DNA of 64,000 nucleotides from Octopus vulgaris (GCA_951406725.2 OX597814.1:115506001-115570000), one strand, 5' to 3'; shown: positions 36,437-51,271, counted from the first letter of the stretch. Notes: generated by a model not told the origin, from the sequence alone. A program made the numbers and translations.

Positions 36437-36945
36437 TAAAAGAATTTTAATAACATCTTCGTTCAACTCCATTTATTTACTTATATATATATGTGTGCAC
36501 GACGGGCTTCTTTCTAATTCCGTCAACCAAATCCATTCACAAGGTTTTGATCGGCCCGAGGCTATAGTAGAAGACACTTGCCCAAGTGCCACGCAGCGGG
36601 ACTGAACCCGGGACCATGTGGTTAGGGTCGATTCAATCGACTTTCCCCCTCCCCGAAATTGCTGGCCTTGTGCCAAAACTTGAAACAGGTATTTTGCTAT
36701 GTCCTCTTGGGTTTATATTTCAAATTTCGGTTTAACCAATTTTGCTGGTCAACATTCCGGGGTCCTATAAAAATCGTTTGTTATAGTCTTCGATGTGATA
36801 TAAATATATTGTAACATAAAGATGTACAGAGAACTTTTTTTTTTGTAATATAAAAATAAATGAAAATGCTAGATATATACATACGTGCATACATACACTC
36901 GTATATATGTATGTGTATTTATATATATATATATGTGTGTGTGTG

Positions 36946-36990
<45 letters not shown>

Positions 36991-37299
36991 ATATTCGTGT
37001 GTGTGTGTGTCATCGATATGACTTTAGACTGCATCCAGTAGTGGGGCCCTGGTTCGGGTGTTGAAAAGTATGAACCCACTGCTTAACCACTCTTGTTCTC
37101 AGATCAACTCTGACCCTGTGTAGTCACCTGTCAGGTGTTCCAGTTTTGGGTTGATTAGCATATTATGGAAAAAACTCTGAACAACACCACAACTATCCCC
37201 ACTGCCTTGTGAGTGCCTTGAGAAAGGGAAAAACTAGGGCACTCAACATTGGCAGTAAATCCAGGAATAGACCTTCCCAGGCAGAGAAGACAACACATC

Positions 37300-37995
37300 A
37301 GAAAGTGATTAGTGCAGAATCTGTGGACAAAATGGTGAAACCGTATGACATATTACCATGCAATGTACGCCACTAACCCAGAAGGAATATAAGAGACGCC
37401 ACGACAATATAGCAAGGCTTGTCCATTGGACACTTTGCAACAAGTGTGGACTTGACAGAGTAAAAAAGTGGTATGAACATAAACCTAGAAGCATAACCGA
37501 AAATGATAATGCAAAGATGCTATTGGATTTTATGATTCGGTGCGACCATGAGATAGAGAATAGGAAGCCATATATAGTCTTAATTGAGAAACAAAGCAAA
37601 CTATGTTGGATTTTAGATATAGCATGCCCAGCTGACAACAAGGTATGCAATAAGGAAGAAAGAAAAGTCGAGAGATATGACAGGTTAGCTTGGGAAGTTA
37701 AGCAGTTGTGGCCGATGAAAAAGGTGGTAGTAGTACCAATAATTGTCGGATACCTGGGAACAGTGTGTAAAAACATTGAGAAGTACATGGAACAAAAAAT
37801 GGCTGCAATAAAGGTGGAGCACTTGCAGAAAACAGCAATGCTTGCAGAAAACAGAATACTTCGGAAAGTGCTCGAAAATTAGGATCTGCTACCTTAGTTC
37901 ACTGGTAGTGAACAGCTGACACCGTAGTACATCTCCAGCGTTAGAAGCTGTGCAAAGGGAATAATAATAATAATGATGATAATGATAATAATAAT
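37300..37995 (+). mobile_element. R4/Dong-like non-LTR retrotransposon 3' fragment (CCHC plus restriction-like endonuclease)
   Basis: CRICGQNGETV*HI..C then YKRRHDNIARLVHW...WYEHKP...DFMIRCDHEIENRKPYIV...LDIACPAD...VVPIIVGYLG; (TAA)n tail. Confidence 0.88.
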
Positions 37996-38189
37996 CAACC
38001 AGGGATGATTACAGTCCAATCTGTAATATCACTGGACATAAGGTGGAACTTTGTTCATGCGTTCATTTCTACAAACGAAATGGCGCTAAAGTTAGAGTAA
38101 CGAATGTTGAACATCCATTAACCATGCAGTTGGGACACAAGCTTCTTACCACACAGCCACGCCTGCACCATTTTACATTTTTTATTTAT

Positions 38190-38745
38190 TTATGCGCCCT
38201 TTTCAAGCCTAGCCAGGTTCATGGGCCCGGTTTCCCGGTTTCTGTGGCGTATGTGTTCCCCCCAGCTGGAGGGGACGCCAGTCCATCGCAGCGTTACTCA
38301 AGAAACAGGAAGAGAGAATGAGAGAAAGTTGGTGCGAAAGGGTATAACAGGGGTCGCCACCACCCCCTTCCAGAGCCTCGTGGAGCTTTAGGTGTTTTCG
38401 CTCAATAAACACAGACAAACACAGTCTGGGAATCGAAACCGCGATCATCCGACCGCGAGTCCGCTGCCCTATCCACAATAAATAAATGCGCCCTTTTTAA
38501 AGCCTAGTCAGGCTCATGGGCTCATGGGCCCGGTTTCCTGGTTTCAATGGCGTATGTGTTCCCCAGCTGCACGGGATGCCAGTCCATCGCAGCGTTACTC
38601 ATTTTTGTCAGCTGAGTGGACTGGAGCAACGTGAAATGAAGTGTTTTGCTCAAGAACACAACGCGTCGTCCGGTCCAGGAATCGAAACCACAATCTTACG
38701 ATCATGATGCTGACACCCTAACCACTAAGCCACGCACCTCCACAC
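38190..38745 (-). mobile_element. Two adjacent tRNA-derived SINEs sharing a 3' end
   Basis: Both begin on + with TGCGCCCTTTT...AAGCCTAG..AGG.TCATGGG; their heads differ. Confidence 0.75.
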
Positions 38746-39474
38746 CATTTTACATGAGCATCAAGAAATTTGATAGAAGTTAAATTAATATTATTGCATG
38801 TGCGTCATTAATGCCTTATATTACGCAAGGTGGCGAAATGTTTACTTCCAAAGTTACCCGTTATATAACTGCAGTCATAAATATTCCTCAATTAATAAGT
38901 TATGATAATTGCTCTTCATGCGTTTAATATTTGAGATTCAAAACTCATTAATGAAGATTAAATGTAAATATTACATAACTGACGTGTTTTTAATTAATAT
39001 AATTAATTCGAAGGAAACGGCCTTAAATGGGTAAAATATAATTTAATTCCAAGTAAAAAGAAGCATTAGTTTCAATAAAAAAAAAATGTATAAGCTTGTG
39101 GAAGTCTAGTTGCGTGGGACCAGAAGAACCCTATGTAATTCGGAGGTGTGTGTGTGAGAAAGAGAGAGAGGGAGAGGGAGAGGCTGACAAAGAGAAAGAC
39201 TCAGACAGACAGACATACAGAGATGCAGGTAATATGACTACCACATCTTATTTTTGACCGACACACAGACATCCCAAATACCCTTGACCTCGATTCCTAA
39301 CCTAGTCTTTACTCAGCGACCACAGTTTCTGATCTCATTCAATCGTCTAAATCAGTGGTTCCCAACCTGGGGTCAGCGAATCCCTGGTGGTCTGCAAAGG
39401 TAGCACTAGAGGTCCGTGTGTGTGTGTGTGTAGTGGATCTTGTAGGCATGAAGTGGATTCGATCCAGCATAGCC

Positions 39475-39643
39475 AGGCTGTGTGGTAACTAGCTTGCTTA
39501 CCAACCACATGGTTCCGGATTCATTCCCACTGCATGACACCTTGGGCAAGTGCCTTCTACTATAGCCTCGGGCCGACCAAAGCCTTGTGAGTGGGTTTGG
39601 TAGAAGGAAACTGAAAGAAGCCCGTTGTACATTTGTGTTGGCG

Positions 39644-39699
<56 letters not shown>

Positions 39700-39915
39700 T
39701 GTGTGTGTGTTTGTGTTCCCCCCCCCCAACATCGCTTGACAACCGATGCTGGGTGTGTTTACGTCCCCGTAACTTAGCGGTTCGGCAAAAGAGACCGATA
39801 GAATAAGTACTAGACTTACAAAGAATAAGTCCTGGGGTCGATTTGCTCGACTAAAGGCGGTGCTTCAGCATGGCCGCAGTCAAATGACTGAAACAAGTAA
39901 AAGAAAAGTAAAAGA
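39475..39915 (+). mobile_element. SINE family 1
   Basis: Close match to 9846-10255. Confidence 0.85.
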
Positions 39916-40753
39916 AACTTCAATGGAACTTTTCTCACGGCGGAACAATAGTTTTTCTGAGACAGCAGTTTTACATTTGCCAGAGTGCTGTAGCTAGGCC
40001 GAAATAATGTCTTCACCACTTGACCTTTGTAACCTCATCTATTTCACCAAAAGCTATAATTAAGACAACAAGACCACCAACTACATCTATTGTTCTCAAT
40101 GATATGTCTATGCTTCTGGATAGTTATAAAAGCAAGAACCCCGAGCAAAAATCAGTTAGTCGGCTCGTGGCAACTCAATCAGTTAGTTAGTGAATGATAA
40201 CTCGAGTTAGAAATAGATACCATCAGTTACGGAGCGGAGCGCTAGAATCATGATCATAAGCAAGGCAGCTACTAAAGACAATGGTCAAAGGGGAGAAATG
40301 AAATTTACTGTCAGCAGCTATGAGACATCTTCCCATGACCCTACAACTTTCACTAGCTCTAATTCTGTTCTCTTACAACATCATTCTATTGCTATCTGTG
40401 GATTACTGCTAAGAAAACGTGTACACAAAAACTATACAAGGAAAATCCACCACATCTAACTTTACTACGCATGCTCTAGGATTTTATCGCCTGCCCGTCG
40501 AGGCAAGGTATATTCGATGTCATTGTAAATAAATATTTTCTTCACAACTTCAATCACTGTTCTTTCATTTTTACATAATTGCAATCAACGAAGAACCAAT
40601 CCTTACAAACTGATTACGACTCCGACATCACATATTATTGTTTACTAATTAATATCTTCCGTTACATATGTATATGTATGTGTGTATGGGTATGTACCCA
40701 CTCTTGTATGGGTGTACCTCCTCTGATATTCATATTCAATTTAGTTAGTATTT

Positions 40754-40864
40754 CACAATCTCTGAAGAGGCCTTGGGATATTTTTGTAAGTGTCTCATTT
40801 ATAACTATCACACATGGCTAATATGAGCACCCATATCTGCATGGCCGAAACAGCTGTAAGGTGT
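40754..40864 (+). ncRNA. Type I hammerhead ribozyme motif in a Penelope-like terminal repeat (about 40680-41062)
   Basis: acaatct-CTGAAGA-GGCC...GGCC-GAAAC-AGCT-GTA-aggtgt, with downstream AATAAA and (TA)n. Confidence 0.8.
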
Positions 40865-41081
40865 AGTTTATATTTATATTTGTATTTATTTATATTCACT
40901 TATACATACTGTACTTATTGTATCATATTACTCTTTCATGTACATTGATTTGTTCTATATTATTATGTTTGACCTTAATGTTCATATGTAGTGGTTTAAT
41001 AAATTATGTGATTGGGTATTATCTGGTAGTTGATCATTGATTAAGATGTGTTTCTCCATTTTATATATATATATATATATG

Positions 41082-41311
41082 TTTCTTTATTACCCACAAG
41101 GGGCTAAACATAGAGGGGACAAACAAGGACAGACAAACGGATTAAGACGATTACATCGACCCCAGTGCTTAACTGGCACTTAGTTTATCGACCCCGAAAG
41201 GATGAAAGGCTAAGTCGACCTCGGCAGAATTTGAACTCAGAACGTAACGGCAGACGAAATACGGCTACGCATTTCGCCCGGCGTGCTAACGGTTCTGCCA
41301 GCTCGCCGCCT

Positions 41312-41312
<1 letters not shown>
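41082..41312 (-). mobile_element. SINE family 2
   Basis: Reverse complement of the 21761 and 53836 type. Confidence 0.85.
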
Positions 41313-41368
<56 letters not shown>

Positions 41369-41404
41369 GTATATATATAAGTATATATATGTATATATAT
41401 ATAT

Positions 41405-41504
<100 letters not shown>

Positions 41505-42024
41505 GAACAATCTTACTTAGAAATGGATGCGTGCGTTCAGTCATATATAAATAAAAAAACTTAAAAACTAGCGTTCGTAAAAATTTTTTATCTCGTTTGG
41601 CTTAACAGCCCTCCTTGTTTGTGTTATTGTTATTCTCCGTTGTCCTGTTTATACGTTGTACTGTTGTTGCTGTCCTGTTTTTGTTACCATTTTTACCCCT
41701 CCGCAAAAAAATCTCAAATTTTATTTAATTTGATTTCCGCGGGATGGAAAATTTCATTGAAGTCATGTATCGCCTGACCTTCGAAACGTGGAGTAGATGA
41801 AATTAAGGCGACTGAAGAAGGGGAATTTTCCTTGTTTGTATGTTCTGTACTCCATTTTTTCGTTGTTTAAAGAAATATGTCCATTTCCTCGGTTTTGTGT
41901 TTATGTTTTCGTTTCTCATTGTGTTCGACGTTTTTTTGGTGTCCTGTACCCATATATGCGTGTATACATATATGTAGAGGTAGGTACGTACATATATGTA
42001 TGTATATATGCATATATATTTTTT

Positions 42025-42079
<55 letters not shown>

Positions 42080-42876
42080 TTGCATACACACACACAAAGG
42101 CACGCACTCACACACACATAACAAAACACTTTCCAGGCATTCCTTCTCCACTTTACCATTCTTGCCACCATGTACACATAATTGTCAATGCAGAAACTCA
42201 TATTTTTCAACATAGCGACTGGCCCTTGCAACGGCCCTTTCATGGAGTGCTTTACAGCAAGCATCTATCCACACCAAGCTTTTCCATCATTCGTTTTCTC
42301 TCTCCATCCCTCTCTCCCTCCCTCCCTTTCCCTCTCTCCCCTCTCTCTCTCCATTCCTCTCTCTCGTTCTCCCTCCCTTTCCCTTTCTCTCTCCCTCTCT
42401 CTCCCCTCCTTCTCTCTCTTTCCCTCCCTCCTTCCCTCCCTCTAAAATATATCCAAAGACTAGAGAAATGCTACAGTCTGGCTCATCTCCCCAAAAGACA
42501 ACTTTTGTGACTCTGTCAAATTTTGATCTGTTACTATGACAACATCTCGTAGTCCAGTTATATCTTGAGGACATCTGTTCTCTTATGTTATTATTCCTCA
42601 ATGGCCTTTTTCTCTGAAGAATATCCGCGAAAACAACATTCATGCACTTTGACACAAGAAAAGCCTCCAAAGATATCTATCGTAAGAACCGAACTTCATT
42701 CTTCATTCCAAGAGAAAGGAGCTTCCGTTGTAATGGGTAGCAAATTGCTTCCTAGATTCTTAACCAATATTCGAAACCCAGTCGAGATTTTTCTATGAGT
42801 TCTTTCCTATTATTCATGACATTAACACTAAGAAATTTATGAGGGAAAACTGTTAAGCTTAGATTCTATTGTTTAA

Positions 42877-43098
42877 CCCTTTTGTTACGATATTTCTGTT
42901 GAGATGCTCTGTGTTGCTTTCAATAGATTTTAAATATAACAACGAATTTAGTAAAATAACTTAGTTATCATCAAGCTAGTGTTATGAACATAAATTGTGA
43001 CTAAGGTTTAGTGGAAGATTTTAATTCAGAACTTTTCAAAACAACACATTTGTATTACAGAACCAGAGGCGGTTTCAGGCGTGTTGGTATCAAAAGGG
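42877..43098. mobile_element. piggyBac-type MITE
   Basis: TTAA-CCCTTTTGTTAC...GTATCAAAAGGG-TTAA; an inverted copy lies at about 60202-60428. Confidence 0.85.
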
Positions 43099-43552
43099 TT
43101 AAGTTAACAATCTTGCGTTAAATATAGTTCTACGGAAATAAACTCGTTTACATTCCATTGTTGTCTGACTCAGTTCTACCTTTTTTGCTTGGTGCCAATC
43201 AGAAGGAGCATTTCAGTAATATCTTGTCACACCTATACAACTTTTACCCACTCTACTTGTCATCCCAGAGAGATATATTCTCTTTCTCTTTCTCTCTCGT
43301 TCTCTCATCCGTCTCCTAGCAGTTAACAACAGATGAACTCAACTACGTACAAAATGAATAGAGTTTCAATCTATCCTTGTACAGGAGCTCGAAGTTGCTT
43401 CTTATAGTGTAACGATAAAATAAAGGCCGTATCAACTAATATTTTTCTCTTGTCATTTATCTAGTACATATAATCGTTTCAAATGTATGCAAACGGATAT
43501 CAATCTGGCTTGCTCTTAATTTCAGTTTTGTCTCCTGTACATTAACGAAATA

Positions 43553-43810
43553 CAGTAATCCCTCGACATATCGCAGTTCACCTATCGCGTACTCAGCACA
43601 TTGCGGTTCACTTATCGCGTACTCAGTACATCGCGATTCACTTATCGCGTACTCGCGAATTTTTCTGGCTAATGTGTGAATTTATATCGCGGACTCCTCA
43701 ATATATCGCGGGTTTCTGCAGCTAATAGGCATTTATATATTTTTTTAGATTTTAGTTATTTCTGTGGGAGGTTTTGGAACGTAACACCCGCGATAGTCGA
43801 GGAATTACTG
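43553..43810. mobile_element. pogo/Tc1-type MITE with TA TSD
   Basis: TA-CAGTAATCCCTCGACATATCGC...GCGATAGTCGAGGAATTACTG-TA; three internal 30-bp repeats; partial copy at about 47780-47885. Confidence 0.88.
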
Positions 43811-44004
43811 TAACTGATGCTCTTTCAAACAACACGCGCTCTGATGCAGATGGTACCATCTTAACTTTTAATCTTCTTTAACTTTCTGCTCCAAGAAGTC
43901 ATCGACACGTAACCTACACACTCCACATGAGATATACTCTATCGATATACGATGACCCCGAAAACATCTTTTACTTAAAATAATCGCAACTTAGTTACTT
44001 TCAA

Positions 44005-44305
44005 TCACTGGTACTCTGTCGGTTACGACGACGAATGTTCCAGTTGATCCAATTGATGGAACAGCTTGCTCGTGAAATTAACATACAAGTGGTTGAGCAC
44101 CCCACGGGACATATGTACACTTGGCATAGTTCTCGGGGAGATTCAGCGTGACACAAAATGCGACAAGGCTGGCCCTTTGAATTACGGCTACAACTCATTT
44201 TTGCCAGCGGAAATAAAGTATCATGTTCATGGATAACGCGCCACCGGGAATGGAACTCACGATATAACGACCGCGAGCCGAATACTCCTAACCACCAAGC
44301 TACGC
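44005..44305 (-). mobile_element. SINE, family related to 49650-49975
   Basis: Reverse-complement similarity: GTTCCAGTTGATCCAAT...CACGTGAAATTAA-like block and tRNA-like head. Confidence 0.7.
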
Positions 44306-44622
44306 CTACAAAGTCTAACGCCTTCACTTTCAATAACACAAATACAATCACTACACAAACTAAAGAAATATTTCTTCACCTCACCTTCTCTAATCATGAT
44401 CAATATTTTCTTCTTTTCTATTCTAGGCACAAGGCCCGAAATTTTGGGGGAGGGGACCAGTCAATTAGATCGACCCCAGTACGCAACTGGTAGTTAATTT
44501 ATTGACCCCGAAAGGACGAAAGACAAAGTTGACATCGGCGGAATTTGAATTCAGGACATAAAAACAGACGAAATATCACTAAGCATTTCGCTCTGCGTGC
44601 TAACGTTTCTGCCTTATAAACA

Positions 44623-45249
<627 letters not shown>

Positions 45250-45400
45250 CTTGTGTGTCTGTGTTTGTCCCCCTTCCATCGCTTAGTGTTGGTGTGTTTG
45301 CGGTCCTAACTTGGATCGTAATAAGTACTGGGGTCGATTTGTTCGACTAAAGGCGGTGCTCTAGCATGGCCGCAGTCAAATGATTGAAGCAAATAAAAGA

Positions 45401-45491
<91 letters not shown>

Positions 45492-45494
45492 CTG

Positions 45495-45531
<37 letters not shown>

Positions 45532-45556
45532 TGTATATGTATATATATATATACTG

Positions 45557-45645
<89 letters not shown>

Positions 45646-46454
45646 ATATATTTATAAAACTGAAATGCGAAAAGTTTGTTTGTTTGTTTGTCTGGTTTTG
45701 GCATTGAGAACGGGTTAAAGGCCACTAGATCCCGTCGGATTGACTCCAAAATTTACAGGGACATGTATCTTAAAAGGTGTCGTTGCTAGGGCCAAAAACG
45801 CACTTTGACAAGTCTACTCTCATTCTTTTATGTATCTGTCTTCTTCCGTCACTCATTCTCTTTCCTCCCTTCCCATCACTTTCTATATATAACGTCGTCT
45901 AACAGCGTCTAACTCCCCTTCACTTTCTCTTTATAACGTCGTGTCACGGCGTTCTATATCTCCCCCTCCTCCCCGTCTTCCACAGCGCTTTCACACACTC
46001 TCTCTCTCTCTACGTCTGTCTGCATTCATAGAGAGAATCATCATCGCCACCAACAACACACAATCATGAGAACAAATATTATGAATCAGATATTTCTTGC
46101 GTTCATTTATATATGTGTGTGTGTGTGTTCTATATATAAATATGTATATATACAAAGTTTATATATCTGTATTTATGTATATTAAACTTTTTAATACTTT
46201 ATGATAGTTATATATATTTTTAAACAAATTATAAATATAAATTAATAATTTTAATTTTAAATTTAAATAATTTAAATTTTTCAATTTTATATTTTATATA
46301 TTTTGTATATTATATTTTTATTTTTATGTTTTGGTTTATGTTTTTCACTGTTTGATTTGCCTATTAGTGGTTTTATCTCTTATTTAATTTATACATATAT
46401 ATAATTTGAATACATTTGTATATATAATGCGTGCACATACACACACACACACAC

Positions 46455-46513
<59 letters not shown>

Positions 46514-47332
46514 TATAGATATAGTGTGCATTATGTGGTCGGTTGAGCTGAAAATATGCACACCGATGTTAAAAGTGCTGGCAAGTTTGCATGACAACTA
46601 TTTTTTTCCTCAAACGAAAGGCGTGACCTCTAGGACAAAATTCCTCATCTTATAAAATGTGGCCCCAGTAGACCCGAATGAAATCGGGTTATATTAACCA
46701 AAATGTGAAAAGGGGTCTAAATGGGGCTGGAAGGGGATTAAAATTTAAAGGAGCGGGTGTTTAGCAATTCTCTGTTACATCAAGCTAAAAAATTTGCGCC
46801 AGCCTTTTAATCGTCAATGTGTTGCCGTCCATGATGAAGAAGTTTTGAATGCTTACCATGGTGAGTCTACTGTCGTGAGAAAGAATCACTTCAAAACTTG
46901 GTGTTTAGGAATTTTCTTTTACATCAAGTTCAAAATTTTACGCCAGCCGTTAAACTGTCAATACGTTGCTGTCCGTCGTTAAGAAATGCCAGCCATGGTG
47001 ACTCTACTATCCTCAGATTCTATCCCTTCAAACTTTGGTTTCCAATATTTCATTATTTTTATTCAGCTCGCAAGTTTGTCTGTCCCTTTTAAATGTTAGT
47101 GTTTTGCTGTCTGCCTTGAAGCAGACTTTTCCGTTGTCACTGCCTGATATTTATGATTGATCTTTCAAAATATTTTATTTGTTAACTAACTCAAGATCTT
47201 TTGTTGTTTATAAATGAGAGAGAGATAGATAAAGATAGAGAGTAAGAGAAAGCGAGGGAGAGTCCGAGAGAAAAGAAAAGTAAGAGAGTGGGAAAGTGAG
47301 AGAGAAAGGAGAGAGAAACAAAGAGGGAAAAT

Positions 47333-47640
47333 CATCATCATCATCATCGTTTAACGTCCGTTTTCCGTGCTAGCACGGGTTGGACAGTTTGACTGGGGTC
47401 TGGGAAGCCAGGAGGCTGCACCAGGCTCCAGTCTGATCTGGCAGTGTTTCTACAGGTGGATGCCCTTTCTAACGCCGACCACTCTGTGAGTGTAGTGGGT
47501 GCTTTTTCATGCGGCCGGCACAGGTGCCGGGGGGGCAGGCAGCGGCCACGATCGGTTGGTGCTTTTTACGTGCCACCGGCACAGAAGCCAGTCAAGGCGG
47601 CGCTGCAATCGGCCACGTTCGGATGGTGCTTTTTACGTGC
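47333..47640 (-). mobile_element. RTE 3' tail fragment
   Basis: (CAT)n-CGTTTAACGTCCGTTTTCCGTGCTAGCACGGG plus UTR units. Confidence 0.85.
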
Positions 47641-47711
47641 TGAAAGGAAGCAACAGAAAGTAACAATCACACTCTTACCCGCGCGTAGAGCAGGTCACCT
47701 TAAGCTAGTAC

Positions 47712-47783
<72 letters not shown>

Positions 47784-47924
47784 CGGACTCCTCAGTATAT
47801 CCAGGTTTCTGCAGCCGATAAGTATTTATATTCTTTTAGATTTTAATTATTCCTTTTGGAACATAACACCCACGATAGTCGAGGTGTATATAAAAATACG
47901 CCTCAATATAGGGGGATAGAATTT

Positions 47925-48312
47925 ACTTTTACTCATTTCAGTCATTTGACTGTGGCTATACTGGAGCACTGCCTTTATAGTCGAGCAAATCGACCCCAGA
48001 GCTTATTCTTTGTAAGCCTAGTACTTATTCTTTCGATGTCTTTTGCCGAACCGATAAGATACGGGGACGTAAACACACCAGAATCGGTTATCAAGCGATG
48101 CTGGGGGGGAGGGACAAACAGACACACAAACATATATACACACACACATAAACATATATATATACCGCGAGCTTCTTTCAGTTTCCATCTACTCACAAGG
48201 CTTTGGACGGCCCGAGGCTATAGTAGAAGACACTTGCCCAAGGTGCCACGCAGTGGGACTGAACCCATGTGGTTGGTAAGCAAGCTACTTACCACACAGC
48301 CACTCCTGCGCC
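47925..48312 (-). mobile_element. SINE family 1
   Basis: Reverse complement of 9846-10255. Confidence 0.82.
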
Positions 48313-50065
48313 TTGAATTTTTGTCTACTGTTTAAATCAGTCAAAACTTCTAGTGTGAATAAATATACAACCTGTAGTCTCTGATGAAAAAAACAAAACT
48401 AGTCTACTATTATTTCTGTGAAAGACAAGGTGTTGACTGTTCTTGTGTCATTCCATCTCAACTCTAATCAAAACTACCTATGACACGTTAGTAGTCGGTT
48501 GAACTGCGACTGACTGCTTCGTTTGACCGAAAGATCTATCAATGAATAAGTCTGCCTAACTCAGGATCATATTACTCTCATTGACATACAATAAAACAAA
48601 GAGAACCGTACGGGCACGCATCGGACCACAGCCGAACATACCACGTTTTGTCTTCTTTAACCATGTGATTATCCTCGGTCATCGTCGACAACTACGGATG
48701 AACAAAAACTAATACCAATCATACAATGCGCACGCCTTCTCTCAGCCTTGCATTTCTTCACCCAACTCTACAATGTGCGCCTCTTTTCTACCATCTTTTT
48801 TCACGGCTTTTCCCAGCCATTACTCTTGTTGCCTCAAGTAAAATAGGCAGTCGAAAAATTACAATCATGGTCATATATACCTATTTCTTTACTACCCACA
48901 AGGGGCTAAACACAGAGGGGACAAACAAGATATGGTCATATATACCACCAAGTTAATCAGTTGTGGAGGCACATAGCCTAGTGGTTAGAGCAGCGGACTC
49001 GCGGCCAAGGGATAGCGGGTTCGAATCTCAGACCGGGCGATGTGTGTGTTTATGAGCGAAACACCTAAGCTGAACCCTTGCTGACTCTTTCGCTACAACT
49101 TTCTCGCACTCTTGCATACTACAGCCCACCTGCGACGGACTGGCGTCCCGTCCAGGCGGGGAACCTATACGCCAGGCATGGTTCGAGAAGGAAAAACAAA
49201 TTAGTTAGCTGGCTAAATTTGAAATGTTTCACATCGAATAATATGACTTTCTTTTTGCATTTATCTTTATTTCTTTCAGTCATTGTATTTGCGACCATGC
49301 TGGGGTACTAGCTCGAAGCTTTTAGTCGAGCAAATCAAGCCCTTTTTTGTTTGTAAACCTGGTCTTTATTCTATAGGTCTTCTTTGCTGTACCTCTAAGT
49401 TACAGAGGCATAAACAAACCAATACAAGGACACACGCGCGCGCACGCACGCACATACACACATACATGTGCACGTGCACATTTATATATGTACATATATA
49501 TATATACGACGGGCTTCTTTCAGTTTCCGTCTAGCAAATCCACTCAGAAGGCTTTGATCAGCACGAAGCTGTTGTAGAAAACAATTGCTCAGTGGAACTG
49601 AACCCGAATACATGTAGTTGGGAAGCAAACTTCTTACCACACAGCCTGTGAAGGTGTGTGGCTTAGTGGTTAGGGTATACGACTCATAAACGTAAGGTCA
49701 CGAGTTCAATCCTTGGTGGTGCGTTGTGTCTTTGAGCAAGATACTTTACTTCACATTGGTCCAGTCCACTCGGCTGGCAAAAATGAGTAGTACCTGTATT
49801 TGAAAGGGGCCAACCTTGTCACACTCTGTATCACACTGAATCTGGCTGAGCACTACATTAAGAGTACCCATATCTGTGGAGTACTCAGCCACTTGCGCGT
49901 TAATTTCACGGGTAGGCTGTTCTGTTGATTGGATCAACTGGAACCCTCGTCGTCATAACCGATGGAGTGCCAGTTAGCAACGCACAACCATCTTGTCTCC
50001 TGTACACCTATCCATTTTTCCCTGCTCTGAGAGTGACCTCACCTTCTCCCTTTATTACGTTTTCG

Positions 50066-50328
50066 GGATCTTTTCGCTTTGACAAAATAATTGTTGTTGA
50101 CAAAGATCCGGAGAAATTGTACTCACCTCAATAGTCGTCATTGATTGGTTGAAATTGCAGAAATGCGAGAAATTAAACAACAAATAGCTTACAAACTACA
50201 GAATTTTCTCAAGAAAGCCAAGAGAAAAAGATGTTTTATGTAACACATTCTACCAGTATACGAAGTTTAAAAGTGTTTAGTTACAAAGAAATTATTTTTT
50301 AAATCTGCCGATCAAAGCGAAAAGATCC
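50066..50328. mobile_element. Merlin-like MITE (GG termini, 8-bp TSD)
   Basis: TIR GGATCTTTTCGCTTTGA / TCAAAGCGAAAAGATCC, with CGTTTTCG at 50058-50065 and 50329-50336. Confidence 0.75.
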
Positions 50329-51039
50329 CGTTTTCGAGTTTTTGGTTGGATTAAGACATTGTGTGAGAATCGTTCAAAATTTTGATGGCACCTCCAGATT
50401 TTAGCCCCCAGCTCTGCGCCCTAGTTTTTCCAGTTGGCAATACCATCTCTGGCTACTTAGACTTTGTTGTTTTTGACCGATGCTTTAACGTGCTTGATGC
50501 ACAACAGAAGGAGCGGATCGCAGGTTCTTGTGACGCTGCCAAAATGTGTGCCACCCGGGTCAGCCCTTGAGTTTGCTACTTCTCGAGCCCCACTGGCTTA
50601 TACAGCAGACCCAAAAGTGCTGCTCTCGTAAAAGCATCACCATGGGCTGGATTGCCCCGTCGCCGCCCCCAACCCCTGCTACACAGCTGGTAGGGTCTTA
50701 GTTGTTGTATTCAGTCATGTTAAGTTACGTTTCTGCGTTCAATTCCCCCAAAGCCGATGAAATAAGTACCAGTAATATACTTGGTTTGATTTAATTGACT
50801 GTAACCTTATTCCAATGAGATAATATATTTGTGGACATTTCCAGTCTATTCTCTCATTCTCTCTTTTCTTATATGCGTGAGTGCGTGTGTATCTATGTAT
50901 CTCTCTTTCTCTCTCTCCCTCCCCCCTCTCTCTCTCTGTATGCATGCATGTACGTATGTATTCATATATACGTATAAATATGAAACCATTGGTCACTCTA
51001 AGTGGACATAAACTTATTTACCTTTAATATATCTATATA

Positions 51040-51271
51040 CTTTTATTCTTTTACTTGTTTCAATGATTTGAATGTGGCCGTGCTGGTCGAACAAATCGAC
51101 CACAGGACTTATTCTTTGTAAGCCTAGTACTTATTCTGTCGGTATCTTTTGCCGAACCGCTAAGTCACGGGGACGTAAACACACTAATATCGGTTGTCAA
51201 GCGATGTTGGAGGGGGGGACAAACACATACACACACACACACATATATATAAATATATACATATACATACA

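Noticed and set aside
39900-40460. Short ORFs in unique intergenic DNA (also 42480-42800 and 50380-50700)
   Set aside because: No recognisable domains or consistent splice signals.
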